Shown piece by piece: positions 23,693-37,249 of a DNA stretch of 64,000 bases. Source of the stretch: Octopus bimaculoides (Eukaryota); assembly GCF_001194135.2 (NCBI RefSeq), contig NC_068981.1, positions 78,853,547-78,917,546 of the forward strand, given 5' to 3'. How positions within the stretch are numbered: position 1 is the first letter of the stretch; every line of letters starts with the position of its first letter. The notes under the pieces were generated by a model. It was not told the DNA's origin and did not search any database. It worked only from the letters and a program-made list of their open reading frames with translations. Position numbers and translations under genes: made by a program.

Positions 23693-26487
23693 AACAACAA
23701 ACAAGATGAGGACAAATATCCGTCAAATGTAAATAATGTACATAATTCCACATCTCTTAAATATAGAACTGGAATACTGAACATAGTTCTTTTCCTCACA
23801 CCAATATAGGTTTGAAATAGTTCAGCAAATTAAATATTTGTATATAAATTACTGAACCAAGTATTTTTTAATTGCTGAATACTCATACCAGCTAACCAAC
23901 TATTAATAGTTTAATTAAAATGGAGTCATAATTATTTTTCAGAAAAGAACAAAAAAAAAAACAACAACAAAACAAGTAGATTGAAGCAAGTAGGGTATTG
24001 TCAATGGTATAATGCAATGACAACAGCAGAGGTTTAAACTGCCACCACCAAAATATTTCACAATTTATGTATCAACAAACTTAACAAAACATTTTAGTAA
24101 CTAATTTATCAAAAACAATATTGAAATAATATGAAACAACACAAAAAGTATAACAATTTCAGAAAACAAGATTACAGTCTATTAGTGTTATATAATGAGA
24201 CTCACAGCTAGACTAATTTAAAGAGCAACAAGGTCATACCATGGTTGTATACCATCACTGCTGCAATACTGTATCCCTTCTCAAAGCTTAGCTCTCACTG
24301 TTTTGCTTACATAGCTGCAAATATGTAGCATATATGATGGGCATGCTATAAGTTTGTTTCCAATATAGGCACAAGACCTGAAACTTGAGCTAGCTTCCTA
24401 TTTTATTGACCCAAGAAGGATGAAAGAAGAAGTTGCCCTTGGCAAGATTGGAACTGAAAATATAGAGACACAGCTAAATATCTGAAGGCATGCTGATGAT
24501 TCTGTCAATCCACCACACTGTATAACTGTTTCAAATTTTGGTGCAAGACCAGCAATTTTGATGAGAAAGGGCAAGTTGATTACATCAACTTCAGTACTTG
24601 ACTGTTACTTATTTTATAAACCCTGAAAGATAAAAGGCAAAAATGACTTCAGTGGAATTTGAACTCAGAACAAAGACAACTAGAATAAATGCTGCTAGGT
24701 ATTTTGTCCAATATGCTAATGATTCTGCCAGCTCTTGCCTAAGTTGTTTTGTAAGCAATATAAAGCTCAAGCTCTCATGTAGGCTACTAAAGGAAAAGCA
24801 AATATTTCCAGAAATTCAAGTCAACAACTTGGACTCATAATTTTCTCTCACAACATAGCTGTTATGCACATGAGTGCAGGATTGAGCAACTAAGAAAATC
24901 AGTGAGTGGACAAATGAATGCCAGGTCTATGAGGGCAATTTACATGAACAGATTGCTGGTATACTAGGTCCTAGTAACTTGTCTTTACAAATATGACATT
25001 ACCAAAAGAAAAACAAATAAAATGTCTACTGTATTTAGAATAAAAATCTTTCTCTACTTCTTACAAGCGACTTAATAGTTTTTATCTGCTCCAAAAACAC
25101 TGAAAGAAGATATAGTCTTTCTCATGAAGGCCCACCACAACTTAACCTTTTAGCATTCAGATTTCTTTGTCAAATATGTTTACTCTCTCTTTTACTCTTT
25201 TACTTGTTTCAGTCTTTTGACTGTGGCCATGCTGGAGCACCGCCTTTAGTCGAGCAAATCGACCCCAGGACTTATTCTTTGGAAGCCTAGTACTTATTCT
25301 ATCGGTCTCTTTGGCCAAACCGCTAAGTTACGGGCACATAAACACACCAGCACCAGTTGTCAAGCGATGTTGGGGGGGGGGGACAAACACAGACACACAA
25401 ACACACACATACATACATATACATATATACGACGGGCTTCTTTCAGTTTCCGTCTACCAAATCCACTCACAAGGCTTTCGTCGGCCCGAGGCTACAGTAG
25501 AAGACACTTGCCCAAGGTGCCACGCAGTGGGACTGAACCCGAAACCATGTGGTTGGTAAGCAAGCTACTTACCACATAGCCACTCCTGCACTTATTTATC
25601 TATTTATATTGATTTGAATTAGTCATGTATTACCTTATAACTTTAAGATCTCAATGACATGATTGTTTACTTTTAGAGTAGTAATGTAGGATTAGTGTGA
25701 GAGGCCAAATCTAGCCAGTCTGAAAATAAAAGCTTGTAGATTATTTTGGCCAGATATGGCTGGTTTAGCCTAGCAGCATTCAGATTACTTTGTCAAATGT
25801 AATGTTTATTTATTCATATTGCTTTGAATTAATCATGTATTATCTCATAGCTTCAAGATTTTGATGATGTGAATGTTAATTTTTAGAACAGCCTTGTGAG
25901 AGGTTGGATCTGGCCAGTTTGAACATAAAACAGGAAGAATATTTTGAGCCAGATATGACCAGTTTAAATGTTAATAAGTTAAGGGAACATCCTCCCTGTA
26001 TTTATGCTTAATCAATAAACTGAACCCCACATTTTGATAACACCAAGTTTACTCATTTAACCATGTTGTGCTGTAAGATAAAGCCCTTCCAGAAAGTTCA
26101 TACACAATGACAACAACAACAACAATAAAAATACAAGTAAGTCATGAAACTCAGTCTGATTGCATGCAGCTGCTTTTGTCATTCAAGTAAGAGAGAGCTA
26201 AAGCCACTAATGCATAGAACTCAGAGACATGACAAACATACTAACAGACACCATTTATTTCAAACTGTTGTAATATGTTGTTAGAAACTGGTGCCAGAAT
26301 TTAAACACAAACTATTATGTACCAACAAACCATTAAATGGTGAAAATTAGATCTCTATAGTATTTCAGTGATGTTGGTTCAACGAAGAGATAATCATAAA
26401 ACACAACTACAGCCATTATCTTTTGATCCTATTAACTGAAAGATTTCAAATAAATCTTTTGTTCATTCTTGCTCACTTTTTAACATG

Positions 26488-26600
<113 letters not shown>

Positions 26601-29369
26601 TAGACCTATCTCACTCTCTCTTTCTCTCACTCCCTCACTCACTCTCTTTAATAATTTTATACCATCTACTATCTCCTTTTAGGTAAGCATGTTGCCTTAC
26701 ATTGGAACATTTGCATATGAAATGAAGCAAATATTTTAACAACTGCATCCTTTTCCTAATAAAATGCAAAGTTTATAAAACTGGACAGATAATGCGTTGA
26801 AATTTCTTTGTAAAGTCTGCAAATCATCAATACATTAATTCTTAAAAGTATGGCATCAAATAAACTAAATCAAGAAATCAGCTTCCTTGAATTTAAGATA
26901 GATTATTACTTTACAGACATTTCAATGGAAGTGAGTGCAGTGCTATATGACCTATTATACAGTAATATATAAATAAGAAAAAGTCTATATAGACATCTTT
27001 CTCTCTCTCTCTCTTCAGGTGTATGCACAAGCACACAAACACACATACATATATAAACTGGCACTCTGTCAGTTACAACGACAAGAGTTCCAGTTGATCC
27101 AATCAACTGAACAGCCTGCTTGTCAAATGAATGTGCAAGTAGCCAAGCACACCACAGACATGCATATCCTTAACATAGTTCTCAGAGAGATTCAGCATAA
27201 CTCAGAATGAGACAAGGTTGGCTCATTGAAATACAGGCACTACTCATTTTTGCCAGCTGAGTGGACTGGAGCAACATGAAATAAAGCATCTTGCTCAAGG
27301 ACACAACATGCCACCAGTAATCGAACTCATGATCTTACTATTGCGAGCGAAATACCCAAACTGCTAAGCCACATGCTTTCGGGGGAAGGGGGGTTGAAAA
27401 GGAACACACAAGTTGATATGTATAAGGAAAATAAGACAAGGTAGAAAATGGTAAAATAATTTTATTATGAAGAATATTTTAGTACCAGTTTCAGCCTTTG
27501 CGACTTTTTCATGTTTTACTCTAAGTTGAAAATGTTGCAAAGACTTAAACCAGTACTAAAATGTTCATGATAAAATCATTTTAGCATTTTCTACCTTGTC
27601 TTATTTTCCTTGNNNNNNNNNNNNNNNNNNNNNNNNNNNNNNNNNNNNNNNNNNNNNNNNNNNNNNNNNNNNNNNNNNNNNNNNNNNNNNNNNNNNNNNN
27701 NNNNNNNNNNNNNNNNNNNNNNNNNNNNNNNNNNNNNNNNNNNNNNNNNNNNNNNNNNNNNNNNNNNNNNNNNNNNNNNNNNNNNNNNNNNNNNNNNNNN
27801 NNNNNNNNNNNNNNNNNNNNNNNNNNNNNNNNNNNNNNNNNNNNNNNNNNNNNNNNNNNNNNNNNNNNNNNNNNNNNNNNNNNNNNNNNNNNNNNNNNNN
27901 NNNNNNNNNNNNNNNNNNNNNNNNNNNNNNNNNNNNNNNNNNNNNNNNNNNNNNNNNNNNNNNNNNNNNNNNNNNNNNNNNNNNNNNNNNNNNNNNNNNN
28001 NNNNNNNNNNNNNNNNNNNNNNNNNNNNNNNNNNNNNNNNNNNNNNNNNNNNNNNNNNNNNNNNNNNNNNNNNNNNNNNNNNNNNNNNNNNNNNNNNNNN
28101 NNNNNNNNNNNNNNNNNNNNNNNNNNNNNNNNNNNNNNNNNNNNNNNNNNNNNNNNNNNNNNNNNNNNNNNNNNNNNNNNNNNNNNNNNNNNNNNNNNNN
28201 NNNNNNNNNNNNNNNNNNNNNNNNNNNNNNNNNNNNNNNNNNNNNNNNNNNNNNNNNNNNNNNNNNNNNNNNNNNNNNNNNNNNNNNNNNNNNNNNNNNN
28301 NNNNNNNNNNNNNNNNNNNNNNNNNNNNNNNNNNNNNNNNNNNNNNNNNNNNNNNNNNNNNNNNNNNNNNNNNNNNNNNNNNNNNNNNNNNNNNNNNNNN
28401 NNNNNNNNNNNNNNNNNNNNNNNNNNNNNNNNNNNNNNNNNNNNNNNNNNNNNNNNNNNNNNNNNNNNNNNNNNNNNNNNNNNNNNNNNNNNNNNNNNNN
28501 NNNNNNNNNNNNNNNNNNNNNNNNNNNNNNNNNNNNNNNNNNNNNNNTTCTTTGTAAGCCTAGTACTTATTCTATCGGTCTCTTTTTGCCGAACCGCTAA
28601 GTTATGGGGACGTAAACACACCAGCATCAGTTATCAAGTGAATTTGGGGGGACAAACACAGACACACATACATATATATATATATATACATATATACGAC
28701 AGGCGTCTTTCAGTTTCCGTCTACCAAATCCACTCACAAGGCTTTGGTCGGCCCGAGGTTATAGTAGAAGACACTTGCCTAAGGTGCCATGCAGTGGGAA
28801 CGAACCCGGAACCATGTGGTTGGTAAGCAAGCTACTTACCACACAGCCACTCCTGTACCTCTAAGAATTATAATTTCAAGCTAGGTCACTTTGGCTTTTG
28901 GTCACCACTCTTTGTCATCAATCAAGTCTCAAAAAACTCCTAATATAGGATCTGTTGAAATCAATTACATTCTCCCCAACACATTATGATGGATCAGAAT
29001 GTTATTTCTGTTTTGAAGGCATATAATCAAGTCAGTTGTTTACAGCAACTGTTGATAAATAATCCTGGAAAAATTACATTATACCAGTAATAAAAAATAT
29101 CAAAGGTATCTGAAAATGCATATAACATAGTAAGAGCAGCTTACAGAAAATTATTGAAATTTCAGATATCTATTTTTATAAAAATAGAAATCTTACAAAA
29201 CCAGTAGTACTACATTTATTTATTTACTTTTCATTGTCTTGTGGAAATTAGCAACATTGTAGGCCAGTATATCTTAAAATCTTAGCATAAGCAGCTTGAT
29301 GGTCTATATAGAGACAATAGCTGATTAATTCTAAGAAATTTGGGCTCTCCAACTGTTGACACATCATCA

Positions 29370-30420
29370 TTATCATCAATAAACTTCCTTGATGTCACAC
29401 TACACATAAAATAATTCAGTATGATGTCTCTATTAAAAGCCTACAAAATATTCACAAATCTTCAAAACACTTCAAGTGTAATCTCAACAATCTAGCAGGA
29501 AATATTTCACTGAAGACTGTCCTTTTATCTTCTAATGAAGAGGTAAAGAGATTTTAGAAAATTCTAATGAAACTCTTAGAAAACTAAGTTAAATACACAC
29601 CAAACACTGGGAAAGATATGTATGGATATAAACCTGTTTTACAACCTACAAGTACAAGCTTTTATAGCCAAACAGTTCTTCCAGTTATTACATAGATGCT
29701 CTCCACCACAGAATCCTGTCAGAATATCGTATTCTGCCACTAGGAATTCTACTCAAATTATAGTTAGATGCAATCAAACAAAACTAATAATCCAACACAA
29801 CTACAAAAACTCAAACTGCAATTGTATCAATCCCAATATCTGTCTTTGCCAGGAACACTACTGAGTAAAGGAACTCGTATATTATACCACTGTTAAAACC
29901 AACTTACCATCTCTCTCAGACATAAGGGATTACTTGCCATATACTTTTATATATATATGTATATATATATAGTATTCCAAAAAAGAATCTTATATATACA
30001 TAAGATTCTTTTTTGAAATACTATATCACTAAGCACAACATAAAGCAACAGACGATATCATGTAAGCATGCAAAATTTTGGTTTTCAACCCATTATTTAC
30101 ATGGCATTATTCATAGTTTTATGTGTGTGCTTCAAGATATACAATCACATTCTCTCAAAAGTTTATAAAATTCTTACAATGTCAATACACACACATATAT
30201 ATATATTCTGAAACACTAACAGGACACATTCAACCTTGTTCTCTGTGTACATATAGCCATTAAAGAATTCCAACAAACCTAATAAAATTTACTGGAACAT
30301 CATACCATATGCTAAACTATACACCTATAACAAAAACATCTTAGCAAACCTTAGAATCATTTGAAATCCATTTTCTAAATACAATTATTCCACAGACCCT
30401 ATTCTCAACCTATAGACACA
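29370..30420 (+). pseudogene. Highly decayed Penelope-like element ORF (RT C-terminus, linker, GIY-YIG endonuclease region)
   Basis: Fragments INFLDVTL, IHKSSKH...LSSNEEV, AKQFFQLLHRCSPPQN...VRISYSATRN, NCNCINPNIC, FT(G/W)NIIPYAKLYT and LFSTYRH follow the order typical of PLE proteins. Interrupted by (TA)n near 29940-30060. Confidence 0.7.
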
Positions 30421-30782
30421 GGATTTACTAAAAACATTTTAAGACTATCAATTTTGCCCTGTTAATTCTACAATCTCATTGCACCTCTAAGCCCTATCTC
30501 CAACAAAAACATAAAAGCTTACTCAACTATTTCAAAGTCACATCACATCCTTTTTTCTTTCTTTTTTGTCTTGCATGTGTTTTAATAATGATATTTCACT
30601 CTCATTATATATTGAATCCTTTCTTTAGCTAATGTCTGTTGTTTTTAGTTTGAAGAACATATTATTAGTACACACATGGGTATACAAACCTTTATTCCAT
30701 GTACTTATTGAATTTTAGTTTGGCGAGACATATAACAAAATGTCTGCACCAATAATTTGTATATATGTAAAACCATCAAAAT

Positions 30783-31230
30783 TATATCATCATCATCATC
30801 CCCATTTAATGTCTGCCTTCCATGCTAGCATGGGTTGGACAGTTTGAAAGGAGTTGGCCAGGCAGGAACCTGCACCACTCTTCTGTGTCTGTTTTGGTAT
30901 AGTTTTTACAGTTGGAAGCCCTTCCTAACACCAACCCACCCAGCAGAGTGGACAGAGTGCTTTTTACATGGCACAAGCACAGGCAAGGCCAGGTTTGGTA
31001 TGGTTTTTACAGCTGGATGCCCTTTCAAATACCAACCACTTTACAGTGTGGACCAGACGCTTTTTGCGCGGCACCAACACTTTTTGGCAAGGTCACCAAG
31101 TAATTTACAAGATAAAGATTCTTTGAGAGGAGAGAGGGTATTAGTGGAGTGATCTTGTGTCAGATGATGAAAGGTTCAAGTGTGATAGAGAGACAGAAAT
31201 AGGTGTCTTGCTGTAGAGGAAGTACACGGA
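30783..31230 (-). mobile_element. RTE-family 3' UTR/tail fragment (similar fragments 32340-32730 +, 47990-48640, 36266-36322 -)
   Basis: (CAT)n followed by ttccatgctagcatgggttggac...gcccttcctaacaccaacc, as in 11668-11850. Confidence 0.7.
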
Positions 31231-34200
31231 GAGAGAGAGAGACATGTTCTGAAACATGTTTCCAAGAACTACTAACAATTTAATATGATATAATATAATT
31301 TGGATAGAAGTATTAAGAAGTTTGCCTTACAATCATGAGATTCTCAGCTTGATCCCACTGTATGATGTCTTTTACCCAAGTCTTGGATTAATCCCAGCCT
31401 TGAGAATGAAAATGGTTACATAGAAACAGTGTGTTTGAAAGTCAAACAGCCAACCTTGCCATATATTGCATTATGTTGATTCAGCCTGTGGAATACTCAG
31501 CCACTTATATGCTAATTTAACAAGTATTTCAGTTGGTCAACAAAACCAATCAAGGATCCATCATTTTAATAAGCAAATAAGCTTGCTTAACAGACTATTT
31601 TTTGTTACAAAACAAAAGTCATTGTGCAATAACCTGTTACTGAAATGATCCAGTTTAATCAATCAGCTGAGTCATAAATCATTTTCATTATTTATCTTCT
31701 AACCAAACTACTTATCTGCCTGCTTAGCACTTTCTCTCTCTCTACCTAGCATCGCAATTGTAGTGAAGTCAGATAAACCAACTTTGACAGATAACAAATA
31801 GAAAGAAGTATAATAGCAGCCACACTTGTAGAAAACAATACTAAACTAATCAGAGTAGTCCCATCACTCTTGAAATTGCTATGGTTGACTTGATTTCCTA
31901 GTGAAGATGAAAAAGCAAGTCAATAAAATAAATACCAGTATTCTAATGGAGTGGATTAAATTAGCATCACTCTTCCCTTGTGATTAGTGACTTAGTATCA
32001 TATAAGAAATCATTGTATTTTATTTTTATGTTCAACTTAGAAGTCCAAAGATGATGGGCTTCCCACACTGAATAAAATGTTTGGGATTAAAATAAAATGA
32101 AAAGAAAGAAAAACTGGAGCTGAAATGCACATTTCATATGCAAATTTATTTTCTGGTAGGCTGAGATATAGGGTGTGGAGGGTGTGGGAAAAAGAGAAAG
32201 ATTAGTTTAAGAAAATTTTTCAACAATTTTCTATATCCATAGAACAATATAAGGAAAACAGATTTCTAGCGGACTAAAATTGCTGATTTAATTTCCTTTT
32301 TATGAGAAAGGATCTTCAGGCGCTGATCCTCACTGAGGAAATGACTGGGACTTGTGGCAATTTGCTATACTTGAGAAGAAACATCAAGCTAAGTAAAATC
32401 GTAGCCATTCACACATAAAAGCATGTCCTTTATGGCCATGCCCCGACTCCCTCTCTCAGCCGAGAAGTCTTTGTCTTGCAAGTACTGGTGCCACATAAAA
32501 TGCAATTGTACCAGTGCTCATGTCAGTATCACATAAAATGTACTTGTGCCAGTGACATGCAAAAAACATTCACAACACTCAGTAAAGTGGTCGGCATTAG
32601 GAAGGGCATCCAGACATAAAAACCATGCCAAAACAGACATGGAACCTGGGCAGCTCTCCAGTTGGCCAGTTCCTGTCAAATTGTCCAACCCATCCCAACA
32701 TGGAAAACAGATGTTGAACAATGATAATGATAAACAATATTTATATAACTAAATTGGTACAAAAAGGAACATGTGTAATGCAGTATCTAGAAACACTTTG
32801 ATGTTAGCAAACAGCTTTTGAAGATACCTCTTCATTTTAGCATTTGATTTTCACAGAATTCCCAAAAGTAGCTTTAGTCACATTTGGCAACAGTCCAAAT
32901 GAGCACTGAACTGGCTATAAACAGGTAAAAGTTTGAATTTTACAATGAATGCAGACAAAATGTAGGATTTCTTGTGACTATCGATGGGGGTCCTTTTTTA
33001 ATGAAAGGAAGAGGACTGAATCAAAGCTACTAATGTACTTAATACTTAGTTTATTGACTCCAGAGAAATAAAAGCAAACTAAATTCTATAAAGCTATATA
33101 ACTGTACTCTAATATTCTGACATCAACTCATACATCATTATAATAATGTTTACTTTCAAATATTTAAATGTCAATGTCCTGAAAAACTAAACTTCATACT
33201 CTGCTAAATAATTCTTAACTTGAAGATTATTTAAATAAATTTCCTTTTGTTTTTACCATTTTCTTCCTTTTTTCAAATCTTTCACAATTTCTATTTGCAA
33301 TGGTGAGTTGTTAATTTAGTGGTAAAAAGAGATGGCCTATTGCCTTCTCTAGGTAGGCATTATGTTTCAGTATGTGAGAAATGGGGAGGAGATTTGTAAT
33401 ATTCATGCTGTTTCAGAGATATTCACTAGCCCACTCAATAGATAACACAAGCCAAATCTTGAACTGTTTTGTCAAGATCATTATATGCTAGATGAAGAAA
33501 TGATGTGACTACAGAGTACTTCAGTTTGTAAGGTGGTTGGTTATTCCTTCTTGATGTACACAACAGTAGTAACATCTGATAATATGGCACATGAAACTCA
33601 GATGCACAAAACTTGAGATCAGAATAACATAATCAACAGTGTAATTATTAGTATTTTTGCCCAATAAACAGAATAAAGATGTGATTCTCTCAAACAGCTC
33701 ATCATTATTTTTCCTTTCCATTTTGTATTTATCAAAGCTTGAACTAATATAGTTAAAAAAAACATTACTATTAATTGCAGTTTATCACAATATTTAATCT
33801 TCAAAACGACAAGATTTCTTGATCTAAAATTATAGTTTACACAGGTATATTTATAGATGCAAGCATAACTCTACAATTAAGAAGCTTGCATCATAACTAT
33901 GTGGTTTTAGATCCAGTCTCATAGTGTGGCACCTTCAGAAAGTGCCTTCTACTCAGAGCTATCCTATGATTTGTGAGTGAATCTGGTAAGCAGAAACTAC
34001 ACAAAGCTAGCAGTGTGCATGTATGTATGAGTGTGAATGCTTACATTCTGCCCTTCATATGAAAGTTACTGAGCTATGGCCAGTAATGTTTGTTCACATC
34101 ATTCTCCATAGTTTGCTAGCTCTGTGCTTTCAAAGACATGTGGACCAAAATGTCTCTTGTCTGATTGCAAATATGGTTACCAGACAATCAAGCCATGACT

Positions 34201-34648
34201 AGAATAAATAGAAACTTGACAGAATAATTTACTCAGAATAAAATGGACAGAGGATCATATGACAACTTTGTTTCTATGAGTAAGCAACAAAGTGAAATAG
34301 GACAGGTAGGTATCTCCAATTTTATAACATTCTCTTCACTTAAAGAAGCTAGTATACAATAATGGATTAGCTTCCTGAGTAGAATAATACTGAAAAGCAA
34401 TGTTACCTTAAGCGAGCTAACTATCTTGCCTAAGGACACATCAAAATATTTGCATCAAAAACAAATTCTTGACCAACTTCAAGAAATAATATGGAATTCT
34501 GATGCCAGTTTCTAAACAATTAGGCCATTACACATGCACACCAGAAGAGCAGTTAACAGTTTTTACTTTGTTTGCCAATGGCGATGTAGATTACAGATTT
34601 TCAATGAGATTTTAATTAAAAACATAAAAATCATGTCATTAACATTAC

Positions 34649-34674
34649 CTGACAACCTAAATTCAAAAGAGAGT
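34649..34674 (-). other. Candidate 26-nt micro-exon
   Basis: Minus strand reads tttgtgtctatcacag|ACTCTCTTTTGAATTTAGGTTGTCAG|gtaatg; open in two frames (LSFEFRLS or SLLNLGCQ). Confidence 0.2.
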
Positions 34675-35679
34675 CTGTGATAGACACAAACAAATACAAT
34701 GTTTATGTTCACCTGATTTTTAATTATTGTTATCTGCATATCACAATCAAATTTTCTTGCTGCCGTTAGCTATATGAACACAAACTATACTTTACTCCAT
34801 AATATATCTAATGCTGTATTATTTTTATGTATGTAATACTTGAGAAAAGATGTTTGAAATTATTTCAATAACCAAACAAATGTGAAAATTACAATTTTTG
34901 ATGATTTCATCTCTTTTGATTTCTAAACAAATGAATTACTTCAATTGTTTAATTCCATTCCACAAGAAATTTATCCAATATTATTGTTATTTTTTTAGGG
35001 TCTGTTGAAAGGAAAATCCCAAATTCCTGGCCACTAGAGGGAACAGAATTTAGTAGTGAGATCAGTAAACAAAAAAGTATGAAATACAGTACCAAAAGGG
35101 ATAATATACCTCTAAAAGAAACTAAAAAAATTACAAAGCTAGTCAAAAGTAAATACATAAAATAGGTGCAGGCATGGCTGTGTGGTAAGAAGCTTGCTTC
35201 CCAATCACATTGTTCCAGGTTCAGTCTGACTGTGTGGCACCTTGAGCAAGTGTCTTTTACTATAGCCTCAGGCTGACCAAATCGTTGAGTGGATTTGGTA
35301 GATGGAAACTGAAAGAAGCCCATTGTATATATACATACATATGTATATATGTATGTATGTATGTATTTATGTGTGTTTCTGTTTGTCCCCCTGCCATCAT
35401 TTGACAACCAAAGCTGGTGTGTTTACGTCCCTGTAACTTAGCAGTTCAGCAAAACAGACTGATAGAATAAGTACTAGGCTTACAAAAAATAAGTCCTGGG
35501 GTTGATTTCTTCAATTAAAACCCTTTAAGGCGGTGCTCCTGCATGGCCACAGTCAGATGACTGAAACAAGTAAAAGAATAAAAGAAAATGAAATATGTTT
35601 TTGATATTGCATTATATATAGAAATGTTTGGTTTCTTTTCAATTCTTCAACTATCTGGATGAAATACAACAATAAATTA

Positions 35680-37249
35680 CCGTAAAAACCCATGTAATTT
35701 ATGCACTTTTTCTCGCAAAAACAAAAATAATCATTAGTGGGTGTGTAAATTACATAAGTAGATCGTTTCCAGAATCTTTTTTGTTGAAAAATGACATACA
35801 AATGTAAATATTCGTACCAGAAGTTGACTCATTTAATGTCAGAATAGGTTCTTATAGAAAAAATATAATGAAGTTGACTTTTATTTATGCTGCACAGTAT
35901 AATGCTTACTTTTTCTGTATAAATTTACTAAAACCATTAAATGGTTAACTACTTTTGAAGTTTGATGTTCATGCTGATAATCACGGTCTGGGCCATATTT
36001 TACATTGCTTGCAGTTTCTACCTATCACAATGGAACCCAGCAATTTCCTTCAATAGATCAGTTTTTCTCCACTTAAGAAGTCTAGCTTGCGTTTGCCCCC
36101 AGGAAGCTATTGCTCACTTCCTCTATGTTATGACAATGAAATTCATCACCACCCACATCGCCGATACCAGCTCTTACTGCATCTAACGCCAATGACAACA
36201 TCATAATTTATCCTTGTGCATATGATCTCACTAAGTGAATATGACAGTGTTCCTACAGAAACCTTCATCATCATCATCATCATCATCGTTTAACGTCCGC
36301 TTTCCATGCTAGCATGGGTTGGACTTCATTTATCTTATATGATGTTTAATGTCATTTCACATTCATGTTAAATTACGCAACAATCTTATGTTCTCTTCAT
36401 AGAACACTTGTAATGTATGTATTACCAGTTCTTTTGGTATAGTAGATTTTTGCTATTCTTGTTTATGTCTCCTCACAGACGTGTATATTCTAACAAGTTG
36501 CTTCTTAAATTTTACACCTCTCTTGTTCGATAAACACCGAGTTAAACTTGCAAAGCTGTTTATTTTCTCCTTTCGATTTTTAATATTTATTTTAGAGGGT
36601 TACCAAACTATCAGTTAGGTCTCCCGTCTAAAACGGTATTGACAAATTTTAAAGTTTGCTTGACATTTTATAAGTGTGAAAGGGATTAAAATTTCAATAT
36701 TCTAAATCAAAAGTTCTGACAAGAATAGACAGAAAATCAGAGCTTGCGACAAGAAGACACTTTCGACCAATCAGAATTCTGTTTATGTAATCAGTTTGAT
36801 CGGTCACCTTCCTCTGTCGGTCGAGTAAAGTCTCATCCAAGCTGATGTTTATTGGTAATTAAACTTATTTTGCTACACTTGTGCATATTTATCAGCTTTG
36901 TTTTTGTTGAAGGCATACAAAAGTATGCTAAAGATCAGACATAATTTCTTGTGGGTAAGAAATGTAAAATAAAGTTTATTATAAACAACACAAACACTTC
37001 GTAATTTGATAACTTTCTATCTTTTAAATAGAAATTATCTTTATTTGATGAAAATTTAATAAAATCTAATCATAAGTGAAATTATGTTAAATACAACTAA
37101 ATTGAAAAGCTTTTTCCCCTAGCCATATTGGCAATTCCAAAAACTTTTAGGTGCAAATTTTACATGAGTAAAAGTTTTTTTAACAATTATTATCCTGAAA
37201 ATCACCTACGTAAATTACACAGGTGCACAAATTACATGGGTTTTTACGC
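35680..37249. mobile_element. pogo-like (Tc1/mariner superfamily) non-autonomous element, about 1.57 kb, TA TSD
   Basis: TA|CCGTAAAAACCCATGTAATTTATGCAC at the left end, GTGCACAAATTACATGGGTTTTTACGC|TA at the right end (27-bp TIR, 2 mismatches). No recognisable transposase inside. Confidence 0.8.

Larger units (their letters stand above)
23289..23771 (+). mobile_element. Penelope-like non-autonomous element: inverted tail copy, tRNA-like head, (TAA)n, hammerhead-bearing tail
   Basis: 23289-23430 is the reverse complement of about 23597-23737 (about 11 differences in about 140 bp). Head 23496-23579 has A-box TGACATAGTGG (23509-23519) and B-box GAGTTCAATTCC (23552-23563). Confidence 0.8.
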
